From positions 124,001 through 188,000 of the forward strand of contig NGBS01000002.1 of assembly GCA_002245135.1 (NCBI GenBank): a stretch of 64,000 nucleotides of DNA, read 5' to 3'. A program made the translations under genes and the position numbers. A model generated the notes under the pieces. It made no database searches, was not told the DNA's origin, and saw nothing but the letters and a program-made list of their open reading frames with translations. This document shows, in pieces, positions 40,635-53,039 of the stretch. The first letter of the stretch is position 1. Each line of letters begins with the position of its first letter. The stretch is from Proteromonas lacertae. Its lineage: Eukaryota.

Positions 40635-41108
40635 ATGGACAAGAAAAGAACTCCTCCTAAATATCCGACACATTTGCATCCAATTAATCTAGAATCTAAT
40701 CCCAGGCAAGAAGAATATAATGAATGTGTTAGAGAGAGACCAAAATGTTCGATATTCTCCACAGCTAGTTTCAGCACACCAAGAAATCCATTTCAAGTGA
40801 GGTTTATACCACATACAGATCCTACTTTAGATCCGACAGAAGGATCAGTTGCTAGTCAGAATATTATACACTCTCCACAACAAGATTTATTATCACCAAC
40901 ATCTCCAAAATCATTTTCGTTTTCTGAACCACCCAGTCCAAATTTATCATTAAGCAACAGTAGTGAATCAATATATTCAGTACCTCCACATCCACATCCA
41001 CCAATATCACCTCCATCAGCTGGTTCTACTCCCTTTTCTATGTATAGACATAGGAAATATGTTTCAAAATCTGCAACTTCATTATCAAGAAAGTATAACT
41101 TTTCATAA
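40635..41108 (+). CDS. Ser/Pro-rich hypothetical protein (3' end uncertain, may splice)
   Basis: 157-aa ORF with genic composition, preceded by a TTTGAA/TTCAA-type element. Confidence 0.55.
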   Translation: MDKKRTPPKYPTHLHPINLESNPRQEEYNECVRERPKCSIFSTASFSTPRNPFQVRFIPHTDPTLDPTEGSVASQNIIHSPQQDLLSPTSPKSFSFSEPPSPNLSLSNSSESIYSVPPHPHPPISPPSAGSTPFSMYRHRKYVSKSATSLSRKYNFS

Positions 41109-41348
41109 CAGTACAATGTTATACGTTTAGTGATAATATAACAAAAAATTTACATATAGTGTATAGAATAGGTTTATAGTTAAATCATTATAATTTTAAG
41201 TATTTTACTTCTTTATTCTGTGTTTTGGATAATTAAAATTAGTTAATCACAAGTAAATAGTTAGTTTTCAATGGATTTAGCCATTTTATAATCGTTTTTA
41301 ATGTTCAAGCTTTTTTGTTAGGTTTGATTGAAAATCATTTAATTTCAA

Positions 41349-44257
41349 ATGGTATAATGCATTATATTTAATTTTAATAGTCGTACGAGGTGAACAATCC
41401 TGATAATGTTTATTTGAGTGAAACTGAGATTGAGAGAAGAAAGAGATGGAGAGAAGCTGAAAGAAGGAAGTTATCGCAAATTGCTCAATATAATATATTA
41501 GGTAATGGCAGTCCAGAACGATCAAACAATGGTGGATATAGACCACCTTTGTATAATTCTTCAGAACCACCAGTACCTCAATATCAAAATAATCCTCCTT
41601 CTAATTACCCTAATTATAATGATCGTAATGTTTATTCACCTTCTAGAGATATGAGAAGACCATCTAACTATAATGAGCCAATTTCATCTTATCCAATAGA
41701 TAATTATGGTATTTCATCTTTACCATCGAATTATAACAATAACAATAATCCAATATATGATGATAATAGAGGATATTCTTCATTAAATCGTCCATCTGTA
41801 GGAAGTCCATATTCAAGAAATGCTAATCCAAATATAAATCGTCCTACTCCTATATCACCCAATAGATTTTCACCATTACAAAATGATCCACCTAATCAAC
41901 AACAACCATCATATCAACAACAACAACAACAACAACAACAACAACCATTAGGTTCAGGAAGATCAGGTCAAACTCCAACTAGTTACACTAGATATAGAAT
42001 AGATAGATTACGTCCAGAAGAAAGAGAAGCATTATTAGAAAAACAACAAAAACAAAAACAACTCGCTGATGTATTACAACAACAAATGGAAGAAAATAAA
42101 AGAAAAAAAGAAGAAGAAAAGAGAAAGAAGATAGAAGAAGATCGATTGTATAATTTAGAAATGCAAAGACAAGCTGAAGAAGATAGATTAAGAATGGAAG
42201 AAGAAAAGAGACAACAAGAAATGAAAGATCAACAGTTTAAAAGGCAAAAAAATATTCAATTACAACAACAACAACAACAACAACAACAACAGAAAAATGA
42301 TATATATAATGATAATCAATACCAACCACCACCACTACAGCAGCAGATATCTGATAGAGGAAATATCTCTTATAATCAAGACATCAACCAAAACAATACA
42401 TCTTTTTCACCAACACGAAGGAATTTAGATTATATACCATCACCAACTGCTAATAGAATGATACAACAACAACCACAGCCACAACAACCGATACAATATC
42501 AGAGTGATCTTTATCCACCATCTAATAATGACAATATTCAATCAAATCTTTATCCACCTCCTCAAGTATATAATTCTCCACCTCAACAACAACAACAAGC
42601 ATTAGCAGCAGGATTAATACCTCCACCACAAATGGGATTACAAAATGGTATTGCTGGTTCTGCTCCTGGTTATTATATGAATCCAATGATGTATGCAGCA
42701 GCTGCTAATAATTTCCTTTACCCTGCACAAATGATATTAGAAAATAACAAAATAATCGAAGAATTAAAACAAAAACAATCACATGAAAAAGAAATTATGG
42801 AAATAGTAAAAAAACAAACTGAATTGATAATGCAATTACAGAAGAAGACAGAATTAGAAGTAAAAAGACATTCTTATGAAGATGATGATAATCCAAAGAA
42901 TCTGAGTGATTCATATATTCCAAATATAGTGGAGCAACAACAACAAAAACAATTACAGCAACTACAACAAGAACACCAACGATTACTATCGCAACAGCAA
43001 GACCAAAAACAATCATTTTCTCCTAAAAGATCAATTCATCAAAGTGAATTACCCTCTGAATTATTTAAAACACCACCAGCTACACCATCATTGAATAAAA
43101 GTAAGAATAATCAAAGTCTAAAAACATTACAACAACAGATAATGGAAGAAGAAGAAGAAAAAGAAGAGCCAATTAATACAAATCTTGAATTACCACCTTC
43201 AAATTATGATAATAATAATGATAAAACACTTCATAGAGCTCAATCTCCAATATTATCACCAAAAGGTAAAAATAATCAAATATTGCAATCATATTCTACT
43301 GTTATTCAAACTACAGATTCACCTGCTTTATTCACTGGTTCTAGACCACCTACCTCAAATGTATACTTATATATATATTAATTATATTTAGAAATTTGAA
43401 CAAAGTCTATCCAATTTTAGTGAGTTAAAACCAGTAACTCCAATGACAAATTTAAGACCAAATATAATGGGAAGAACAATACAACAGCAAAGATTACAAT
43501 CACATTTAATACCAATTGAAGAACAATCATTAGCAGGAGAATCAAAATTCAATCCCTCAGAAACATCAGTAGGTGAAAGTTCATTAATAGGAAGCAGTGA
43601 ATTCCAAGAACTAATAGAAGAAGCTGAAGAAATATATAATAAAACAAAAACCAACAGTAAAATCTCTCCAATTAATTCAGCTCCATCACACTCTACTTTA
43701 CTATATAATAATTCATTTAAGTCCTCTCATAGTAAAGCCAACATATTAACACCCAATACACTTCGTGAGAATGGCAAGACATTATTATCTCCTCCTCGAA
43801 TATATGATAATAAGAATGATGATGATAATGATGATGATGATAGTGATTTTAGCAGTGATTTTGAAGATATGGATCCTATCTCAAGAGTATATATATTTAT
43901 ATATAATTATTATTTATAGACATTAACATTCAAAATGCCAAAAGTCAAATCACCTGCTAGTAATTCATCAACTATCAAAATCAATACATTAAAACCTGAA
44001 GAAAAAGTGAAAGTATTTCAAGAACCATCACATTCATGTATATATATATTATTAATAATAATTGTTATAGTTTTATCACCTCATCCTAAAAAGCCAAAGA
44101 CTCCTCAAAATGATAGTAATTCTCCGAAGTATTTCAAGACAATGACAGACAAAATGACAATTACTGGTGAATTTAGAAGTCCTAAGTTTAAATGTATGAT
44201 TATTATTATGTTTTATAATTATATATAGCTCCAAGAAGACCAAATAGTATAATGTGA
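41349..44257 (+). CDS. Gln/Pro-rich disordered protein with CCDC66/CSPP1-like charged coiled coil
   Basis: ATG-only first exon (41349-41351), intron to 41380, then SYEVNNPD...; LQQQMEENKRKKEEEKRKKIEED segment; polyQ tracts; four further short introns; stop 44257. Confidence 0.65.
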
Positions 44258-44362
44258 TTTAGTTAATTTAACCGTTTATTATGTAACTGTATTTTTTTAC
44301 TTTAATTTCTTATTTGTATTATATAATAATAAACAATAATTTAAAAAAACTCTAAAATTTAA

Positions 44363-45359
44363 TCATTTAACAAATTTACTTGAACATTCTTCTTTTTACT
44401 TTATTAATATAGTCAGTTAATGATCTATAATGAGCTTTATCATCACTACTTGTCATTTTATGTTTTTCAAACACAATTTCAGGCATATCGACTAAAGATT
44501 TCTTTGCTTCAGTAGTAATATATTCATCAGGTTCCATTTGGAACTCTTCAACTTCAACAAAATTAGATAAAGCTTCAACACCATCACGAATATAAGAATC
44601 ACTCTAAAAACTAAAAAATGATAAAAATACTAGTAAATCATGGTATTGAACTAAGAATAATATTAAATTACTAAGTAATTCATTCTCTTTAATACAAGGC
44701 ATAATGTCACTAGCAATCAATCTATCAACATTACTTGAAATACTCTTTAAATAGGATAATATCATAGCAGGTTGATATCCTTCTATTTTATCAACAAGTG
44801 GTGTAGATTTAGAGGAGGCTAATACATCTTTCAATACAGTTCCAATATAATTAATTAATAAATATTTATCAGTGGTCTGTAACGCTTCAGTATGTTGCCA
44901 TAAGTTGTTTAATATAATTCCCATGTGAATTTCAAATCTATTGAAGTTATTCTCAGGATCTTTTGGAACTGAATTTTGTTGTTTATAATCCCAATAATTT
45001 ACTAATAAACGAAGACATAAGTTCATTTTACCATCTTCGAGAATATATCGTAAAGCAGCTTCTTCACAATCCCATAAGGTTGCATCTTTGTTTTCTTTTG
45101 GGAATGAACGTTCCTATGTGATAAATAAATATAATCAGGATATATAGATACAGTTGTAGAGATGTTTGAAATACGTACAATTGCATCAACCATAGCAACC
45201 CACTTATCAGTTCCAACTTCACTAAATTCCTATAAATTATTGCATATTTGGTTATACTAAGCCTTTTATATGAGCTCTCAAATCGAGCATTAAACGTTTG
45301 GTCAAAGACTCAAGATCATCCACATCTGAGCCATTAACATATTTACCAACTCTAGACAT
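44363..45359 (-). CDS. Conserved-looking helical protein, weakly ZMYND10 N-terminal-like (no MYND finger)
   Basis: Three introns; EVGTDKW...LRYILEDGKMNLCLR...ILNNLWQHTEALQTTD..LLINY; stop 44363. Gene model is solid, family assignment weak. Confidence 0.6.
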
Positions 45360-45624
45360 AAGTCGCTCTTTTTAATATCAAATAAAAAATTGTATAGATA
45401 TTAAGATCGATTTGAAAAATGATTGAGAAAAACGATGATTGAATTTTTCTCAAAAATTTTCGATAACCCAAAAATTTAAAAAGATGTTGTGTTTTAACTG
45501 TATAATATACAACAAAAACATGTGTTTATAAAATAATATGGTATTATTTTCTGACTTTAAATTGTATTATTTAAAACCATATAGTTTATGACTAATCTGT
45601 CTAAATTGTTATATCTTCTTATCT

Positions 45625-47322
45625 TTATACCCAGCATGCACCCAACAAGTGGAAGAATGCAACTAGGAAAGGTATATACACAGGAGTAATATTATCTTTA
45701 ACTGCAACAAATACTCCTAATAGAATGAACAAAATGAAGTTCACTACACAAAATACTCTATAACCAACAGAATCTAGCAATTTACACCTACAACTAATAC
45801 AAGCTTCCATAAACTCAATGATGATACCTAATAATGCGAATGCCATAGTTACACCAAGTTGATTAAAGTCAGTAGTATTGTAGTCTGTGTCATCATTCAT
45901 TATCTCACCAACACCAATCAATATAACAAATGCTAAACCAACAAAACATAAAAGTGGTCTCAATATATTGCAGCAACATGTACAACATCTATTACATTTC
46001 ATTACACCTGCATATTTATAAACTTTCTTTGGTGGTCTTTTATAGTGCTTCTTCTTCCTCTTTTTCTTCTTATCAATTGGTTCTTGTACTGGTTGTGGTG
46101 GTGATGATGGTATTTCTTCAATTTCGTCAATATTCTTAGATGGTGGTTCTTCTACTACTGTCTTTTGTATATGAACTCCAGCTACTTGTCCATCATCTTC
46201 AATGGGTATTTCTACATCAGATTCTTCTTTTTCTTTCTCAGGAGGTCTAACTTCTTCTTCTTTTGGTGGTTGTTCTTCTTCTACTTGAATTATTACTTTA
46301 TCAGTTGGTGAAGATGGTGATAAATTACTTTGATTACTGCTATTACCTCTACCTATTATAGATTGAGGATTATTGTAATATAAATCCAACCATGAAGTCT
46401 TATAAATCAATACTTCATTGATTTTTACTTTAATATCATTGATAGTAATATATTCACTATCTTTTTCATCATTTCCTTGAGATAAATACTCAGCTACATC
46501 ACTTCGTCTTGCATATAATATATCATTATCACTACCACATATTTCATCACTATGTAAAATACATTTCTTCTCCAATATCATTGGATGTAGCATTGTTGTC
46601 CATACAATTAACTTTGATCTTTCTGCTTGTGTTAAATTATAATCTCTATATTTAATATATCTACCTAAATTGGTTCTTTTCTTGGACAAATGTAAGATAT
46701 TATCTATACAGAATAAATAGTACATTAATTTGGCATGCAAGTTATTTGGTATTGAATCGATTGTAGGTTCTATTCCTTTTAATACTTCATCTTCATCCTC
46801 TTCTTCTTCTATTTCTATTTCATCTAGATTTGCTACATCTGGTTTTTCTTTTACATCGATTACTACTTGCTTTGGCTTTTGTTCTACTGCTTTTCGTACT
46901 GGAGCTGGAGGTGGTAATTGAACTTCAACTGGTTTTGCTTCTTCTTTTTTAGGTGGTTCATCCTCTTTTGGTTTTTCTTCTGGCTTAGCTTCTTCTATAG
47001 GTTTAGATTTTGGTTCAACCTCTTGTTTTACTGGTTCTTGCTTTGCTTCAGACTTTGATTGTAATTCCACTAGTTCTTCTTCAGCTTCCGGCTCTGGTTC
47101 TAGCGGAAGTGGATTTTCATCCTCCAAATGTGGTGCTCCTGGAATAGATTGTTCTTTAGGTGAAACGGGCTTTTGAGCTGGTGACAATGTAGGTTTTTTA
47201 ACATCCTTTTCCTCAACTATCGGAGATAAACTTGGTACTTTATCTTGTTCACCATTGTCAATCTCAGGTTTTGCTTGGGGTGTTAACATTGGGGTATTTC
47301 CATCACCAGTTTCTTGAGACAT
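45625..47322 (-). CDS. Family member 1: acidic/Pro-rich N-terminus + KLMYY domain + Cys-rich segment + 4TM
   Basis: Intronless; IPNNLHAKLMYYLFCID...LHPMILEKKC...IYKTSWLDLYYNNP; CNRCCTCCCN followed by four hydrophobic helices. Confidence 0.8.
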   Translation of the reverse strand: MSQETGDGNTPMLTPQAKPEIDNGEQDKVPSLSPIVEEKDVKKPTLSPAQKPVSPKEQSIPGAPHLEDENPLPLEPEPEAEEELVELQSKSEAKQEPVKQEVEPKSKPIEEAKPEEKPKEDEPPKKEEAKPVEVQLPPPAPVRKAVEQKPKQVVIDVKEKPDVANLDEIEIEEEEDEDEVLKGIEPTIDSIPNNLHAKLMYYLFCIDNILHLSKKRTNLGRYIKYRDYNLTQAERSKLIVWTTMLHPMILEKKCILHSDEICGSDNDILYARRSDVAEYLSQGNDEKDSEYITINDIKVKINEVLIYKTSWLDLYYNNPQSIIGRGNSSNQSNLSPSSPTDKVIIQVEEEQPPKEEEVRPPEKEKEESDVEIPIEDDGQVAGVHIQKTVVEEPPSKNIDEIEEIPSSPPQPVQEPIDKKKKRKKKHYKRPPKKVYKYAGVMKCNRCCTCCCNILRPLLCFVGLAFVILIGVGEIMNDDTDYNTTDFNQLGVTMAFALLGIIIEFMEACISCRCKLLDSVGYRVFCVVNFILFILLGVFVAVKDNITPVYIPFLVAFFHLLGACWV

Positions 47323-47529
47323 TTCGTGTATACAACTACGAAATTTTTGGTGATGATTATAATTTGTCCGTTTCAATTTTTTAACTGTAACAGACAAATA
47401 CTTTTTTTTCATTAACATTACAACCAAACTCAAAATACATACAATAATTAAATAAATATATATGTAAAGATTGCTGTGGTTGTGTATGATCTTTATACTG
47501 TAAATGATTAATTTAATTGACTGTCTCTT

Positions 47530-48760
47530 TTATGTATTCTGTATTCTTTTTCTCCAAAAGAATATATGCATAAAATGAAAAACACATGGGATTGCTGTAA
47601 ACCAAGCTATAACTGTATATTTATAACATGCTGCAAAAACACAGAAAGAAGCATAAAATAAACACATTCCAAATGAAGCACACCTCCATTTGCCATAATT
47701 TATATTCTTGTTTCTAATAAATCTAATTAATTCTACAAACTCCATTATTACACCAATAGAAAAGAATACTATTGCTATTATACCTACCATTTTGATTTGA
47801 TCAACTACAAGTGATATAATACAACAGATATTCAACACAATTATCAAAAACAACACTGAACACATCTATATGCAGTATATAAATAATATAAAAACATACA
47901 TAAACCCTAATACACATTCTATTAGCAAAGAAACAAAGCCAATGAGCTTGTTTATTTTTAATATATTCATAAACTTCATCACTATCATCATTATACAAAT
48001 ACTCCTTTGAACCATTTTCATAGCAATTACCTCTACTATAACGCTTACTTTTCTGTTTCTTTTTCCTTGGTTTTGAGAGATCTCTTATGTTTATTTTCAG
48101 TGAAGGAGACATATCATTTGTATTTATATTTTCATTAATGAATTTTGAATTAGTTAGATGAGATTCTAATATTTCAGATTGTTGCGATGATGTTGAATGT
48201 ATTTGGATCTCTGTTTCATCAATCAAATTGCTTTTGAGTGAAGATGTTTTTTCTATTGGATTTATATCAGATTCTAATTGTGATATTCTATTTGGATGAT
48301 TTGATTGTTGATTTAAAAATTGTAATAACAGTTCATATGGTTCATGATAATAGTATATAATCCATGACGATTTATAAGTCATTATATTTACCAATTCTAT
48401 GTGTAAGTTCAATACATCTATGAATTGTGGAGGATGAAGAATGTTCTCAACATCTGAAACATGGTAGAAATTATTTGGATAACTCATACACAGTGCTTCA
48501 TTGTGAAATATACATTTTTCATCCAGTTTCAAAGGAGACAATATTTCACAAAAATGACACAAATTTGCTTTCTCTTCTCTATTCAAATCATAGTTGTTAT
48601 AATCAATGATTCTTCTTAGTTTTGGTACTTTGATAGACAGGTTTAAAAGACAATCAACACAATAACAATAAAACATTAACTTAGCATTTGGATCATTAGG
48701 TATAACTATATATTAATAAGATTCACAAAGTATACCCTGATTTGAACTTTGAAGAGACAT
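47530..48760 (-). CDS. Family member 2: KLMFY domain + linker + 4TM
   Basis: ATG 48760, 30-nt intron, IPNDPNAKLMFYCYCVD...LSPLKLDEKC...TYKSSWIIYYYHEP; a second intron near 47870-47905 joins the 4TM exon. Confidence 0.8.
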
Positions 48761-48867
48761 TTATTAAACACAAAATTACAATTTCAAAAAGAAAAAAATT
48801 CATTCGTTTCAGAGAGGTTTTGTTTAAAAAACACAAGAGACAAAACACATAAACATACAATCTATTA

Positions 48868-49866
48868 CTATTTACAGCAAAATAACAGTAGAAAATGAAA
48901 AATTCCTATTATAGCAGAGTATGATCTGAAAAAGCTAAATGTTAAATAAGATTTACTTCTAACCACTGATGAATATAATAATATCATTCCATACACAACA
49001 ACCAATATTACTGATGATATTTTATTTCTTGGAATCAAAGAAAAACGCAAATTCAACAACTCCATAAAAACTGCAAATATTGATAGGAATATCAACAGCA
49101 AAGTCTCTTGATTAAATGAAAAAATAAAGGACAATATTAATCCACACATATTCAGGATAAATGCACTAAAACTAATCAATTTGATTAAAAAATCTATTTT
49201 TCTTGAATAATATTCACAACTGAAACAAAACTTATATGAATCACTCATTTCAGGATGTATTAATTGAATATACCATGCCATTTCAACTCTACGTATTTCC
49301 ATGTTACCTATATTTCTCAATAAATTTGCATCTCGATCTTCTAGATGTAAAACTTCTTGAAATAATGGTTGAATTGATAATATCATTTCAATTATTCTAT
49401 TTCTTTGTATGTCGTTTAAATCATTTATTATTGAATTAATAGGATCAATATAATAATATTCAAGCCATTGATGAGATGGATAAAATAGCACTTTAACTGG
49501 ATGAACTGTTTCACCACCTAAATCAAAATCATTTGCGTTTATTAAATTACGATCAATTTCACTTAGTTTATATAAAGTTGCTTTATTACCTCTACATTTA
49601 TTTGGATATTGGAGAATACATTTACCATCTAAATAATTAGGACAAACAATTCCTGCAAATACTAGCAATGCTGATTGATCTTCAAAATTCAATTCTGGAT
49701 TCTCATACAGTACAAACCTTCTTAACTTTGGATGTGAATGGGTTAAAAGAATAGTTTCATTTATTGATTTAAAATAGTACATTAATTTACTCCAGGAATT
49801 ATTGAATTGTTCATCCATATTTTCACTGGAAATACTCCTTAACAATAATGCTTCTCTATCACTCAT
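48868..49866 (-). CDS. Family member 3: KLMYY domain + 4TM
   Basis: SWSKLMYYFKSIN...VCPNYLDGKC...WLEYYYIDP; C-terminal hydrophobic helices; ends FCCK. Confidence 0.8.
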   Translation of the reverse strand: MSDREALLLRSISSENMDEQFNNSWSKLMYYFKSINETILLTHSHPKLRRFVLYENPELNFEDQSALLVFAGIVCPNYLDGKCILQYPNKCRGNKATLYKLSEIDRNLINANDFDLGGETVHPVKVLFYPSHQWLEYYYIDPINSIINDLNDIQRNRIIEMILSIQPLFQEVLHLEDRDANLLRNIGNMEIRRVEMAWYIQLIHPEMSDSYKFCFSCEYYSRKIDFLIKLISFSAFILNMCGLILSFIFSFNQETLLLIFLSIFAVFMELLNLRFSLIPRNKISSVILVVVYGMILLYSSVVRSKSYLTFSFFRSYSAIIGIFHFLLLFCCK

Positions 49867-49918
49867 TTATCAATTATTACATAAAGAGTCGTTTCATAAT
49901 TCAAAATTTAAAAATTGA
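49867..49918. promoter_or_regulatory. 52-bp bidirectional promoter between divergent start codons
   Basis: ATGs at 49866 (-) and 49919 (+); contains AATTCAAAATTTAAAAATTGAA, nearly identical to 25634-25655 upstream of ATG 25660. Confidence 0.5.
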
Positions 49919-51165
49919 ATGTTTGAAAGAGAGAGTAGAAGACTATATAGTAATGATATTGCTCTAGAGAGTGCTCCAGAGTATGATCTACTTGTACGAG
50001 GAAGCCAGTATTCTATTTCAACCATTTATTTGTAATAGTGCTGGGAAAGAATTAGATCCACCAATAAATAATATTAAACAAATTAATAAACGTGTTCTAG
50101 TATGATAATCGTTAATAATTGCTTTTAGAATTGTATTGGGAGTAAATATTCAAGAAGCTTACAAGTATTCAAACAATATGATGATGATGATGATGGAATA
50201 CTGACACCAGATCAATTTCATTATAGTTTGATCGTGTTAGGTCAAAAGTTAGCAATTAGTGATGCAGAACAACTATACACTGATATTTTAGATAAAACTC
50301 AAAGAACTAAACTAGATTATGGTCTACTACTGGATATGGCGGAGAAAGAAGCAGAAAAAAATAAAGAAAATAGGAATAAAGAAAACTCAATAGAAAATAG
50401 TGTATTATTCAACTCTTTTTATTTTATTATATTTAGACTGCAGTCTTTGTACAAGGTAAAATGAGGAAATCAGCTTCACTAACAAGTCTCAAAGGTTTAA
50501 GTGTAGATAAATCTCACAGGAAAAGGACCAATAGTTTTTCTTCATTACAATCAGCTAAATCAACAATAGATAAAGGAAGTAAATATGAATCAAGAGAAGC
50601 AGATACATTTGAAGAACGTATAATATATTATTATTATTATTATTATATAGCTACATTAAAATTTTTACAACGGACAGCCACATTTCAATTCAGTAATGAA
50701 TATGATTTAGATGAATTTAAAGAAAAAATAGAAAACTATACAAAAGATGTTCGAGAGCATGATATTAAACATAATAGAATAGAATTAATATATCATCAAT
50801 TAATAGTGAGTGTAGAAGATAAGTTGTTCTCGTTTTATTTACTATTGGCATTTAAATTGGCGAAGAAAGGGAAGAGAGTTGTTCCAGATAAAACAACAAG
50901 AAAAATAGAAAGTCGGGAATTGAGTATATATAATGTATATATTGTAGATGATGTGAATTGTTTTGATAAATACTGGTTTCATGAACTGGAACATATTTTA
51001 GAACCGTATAATTGTGAAAAACGTATAATTATATATATTCTGTTTACTTATACTATATATATATATATTTATAGCATATATATATGTACAATATCCAACA
51101 GAACTAAATCAATCACATTATTTCCCAACCAAGAAATAGTTTTTAATTGTCTTTTTCTTATATAA
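49919..51165 (+). CDS. EF-hand-containing hypothetical protein
   Basis: ATG 49919; five short introns; VFKQYDDDDDGILTPDQF EF-hand loop. Confidence 0.65.
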
Positions 51166-51310
51166 TTGTTAAAACTATTAAATTTGATTAATTTTTACGT
51201 GTAATAACATCTGTTTGTTTGATATGGTTATATAAACAGTGTAAATTGACATTGAAAACATTAAGTAACGTATCTATTTTATTATTGAAATAATTTTTAG
51301 TTTTTTTCAT

Positions 51311-52852
51311 ATGTCGTTTTCTTCTCAGGGTAACAACTATGAAGATATTCTGACTGATGAATCATCAGTACCAGATACACCAATGTCTCACCTTATGTTT
51401 TATTTCTACTGTGTGGATAAACTGACAAATCTGTCAGAGAATAATGCTCAGTTAAAACGAGTAATAGATTATAAAAATGATAATTTAACTCCCAACGAGT
51501 TAGAAGTGCTATTAGTCTTCTGTACACAACTTGATCCTGATTCTTTAGAAGGGAAGTGTCTTGTTAAGAACGATGAATTGTGTGGTGATAAGAACTTCAA
51601 AGTACTTAAAATAGAAGATATACCAGAAGGTGCTGTAAAAACTGAAGAATTTTTCATTGCTGGTCAAAGAGTGAAATGTGATAGAGTAATAGTCTACAAG
51701 AAGAGTTGGATCAAAACCCACTTCTACGAACCTTGGATGAAAGTAGTTGTTCCAGATAAACAATCACAAAAATATAAAGATGAGAAAGAAGAAGATAATG
51801 ATAATAATGATGATGATAATCGTGTGTTATTACCAGCTGCTTCACCTAAAGATAACAATAATAATGAGGGTGGCAAAGTAGTTGTTGTAGAAGGATCTAA
51901 AATAAGAGTAGAAGAAGGTGATAAAGTGATTATACCAACTGAATTACCTCCTAAAGAAGAAAGCATTATTAAACCATCATCACCATCCATGGATGAAATT
52001 AGACCAGCAGTAATAATTACTGATAATAATGATGATCAGAAACCTCGAGGAAGAGTTAACTCAGTAAAAATACCACTTTTAGCTGAAGATGAAGTTGAAA
52101 ACCCACCTTTAAGAGTGAAATCAACACCAATTCAACCAGTAAACACTGATAGTAGTATTCCAACATCATCAACATATAATCCATCAAATATTGAAACTAA
52201 ACCAATATCTAAACATTTTACAATTCCATCCAATAATAATAATATTAATAATAAACCATTAATACCAATGTATTTGAGACCAGCAGCTGCAGCTCATACT
52301 ACAAAAGTTGATACTAATTCAAATGATGTTCATATTATTATTAATCAACCACCACAATCAAAAGAACAACAAAAACCAAAGAAAGTTCCACCACCAAGTA
52401 ATTATAAGAATAGACCAAAAGGTGTATTTAAGTATAATTGGTGTGGTTGTATTGAAATATCGAAGGGTATAACCTATTGTATTGATTGTGTTCGAAATCT
52501 ACTAACATTTGCTGTTTTATTGGTGTTTATAGCTTTGCTTGCAATGAAATTTATTAATTATTTAGATTATAATAGTCAATTGTTACAGAAATATGCTATT
52601 ATAGCCATGTTTAGTAGTTTAAGTTTGTCTTTTGAATTTATTGAACTATGTATTAATTGTTGTACAGTGAAATCGTTGAATTATATGGGATATAGACTAT
52701 ATAGCCTATTTATAGCCATTTATTATGTATTAATTAGTGTATATACTGCAAATACTGATATTTCTTTACCATTCTACTGCTTTATTGTTATGGCGCTTAT
52801 TCATTTATTTGGAAGTTGCTGGAGAGTTAGTAAAGAAGAAAGTAGATTTTAA
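51311..52852 (+). CDS. Family member 4: HLMFY domain + disordered linker + Cys-rich segment + 4TM
   Basis: Intronless 513 aa; VPDTPMSHLMFYFYCVD...LDPDSLEGKC...VYKKSWIKTHFYEP; C-terminal TM block closely similar to that of 58176-59594. Confidence 0.85.
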   Translation: MSFSSQGNNYEDILTDESSVPDTPMSHLMFYFYCVDKLTNLSENNAQLKRVIDYKNDNLTPNELEVLLVFCTQLDPDSLEGKCLVKNDELCGDKNFKVLKIEDIPEGAVKTEEFFIAGQRVKCDRVIVYKKSWIKTHFYEPWMKVVVPDKQSQKYKDEKEEDNDNNDDDNRVLLPAASPKDNNNNEGGKVVVVEGSKIRVEEGDKVIIPTELPPKEESIIKPSSPSMDEIRPAVIITDNNDDQKPRGRVNSVKIPLLAEDEVENPPLRVKSTPIQPVNTDSSIPTSSTYNPSNIETKPISKHFTIPSNNNNINNKPLIPMYLRPAAAAHTTKVDTNSNDVHIIINQPPQSKEQQKPKKVPPPSNYKNRPKGVFKYNWCGCIEISKGITYCIDCVRNLLTFAVLLVFIALLAMKFINYLDYNSQLLQKYAIIAMFSSLSLSFEFIELCINCCTVKSLNYMGYRLYSLFIAIYYVLISVYTANTDISLPFYCFIVMALIHLFGSCWRVSKEESRF

Positions 52853-53039
52853 TTAATTATTTTTATACTCATTTCATTTATTGTACAAGTTTTATTTTTG
52901 TGTGCGCTAAATGAATTACATATTTTATTAACAACATAAATATATTGTTCATCGAAAGAATACTACTAGTAATTGTCATTTATTTTCAAGCTTTATATGT
53001 TTGATTTTTTTCAGTTTAAATTCTTTAATTTAAAACCCA

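Noticed and set aside
40635..41380. ORF 40635-41108 as an upstream exon of the Q/P-rich gene
   Set aside because: The obvious donor near 41092 is phase 2 and the 41380 acceptor needs phase 0; a local ATG exon fits better.
41915..42290. (CAA)n runs as a distinct repeat system
   Set aside because: They simply encode polyQ tracts within a coding exon.
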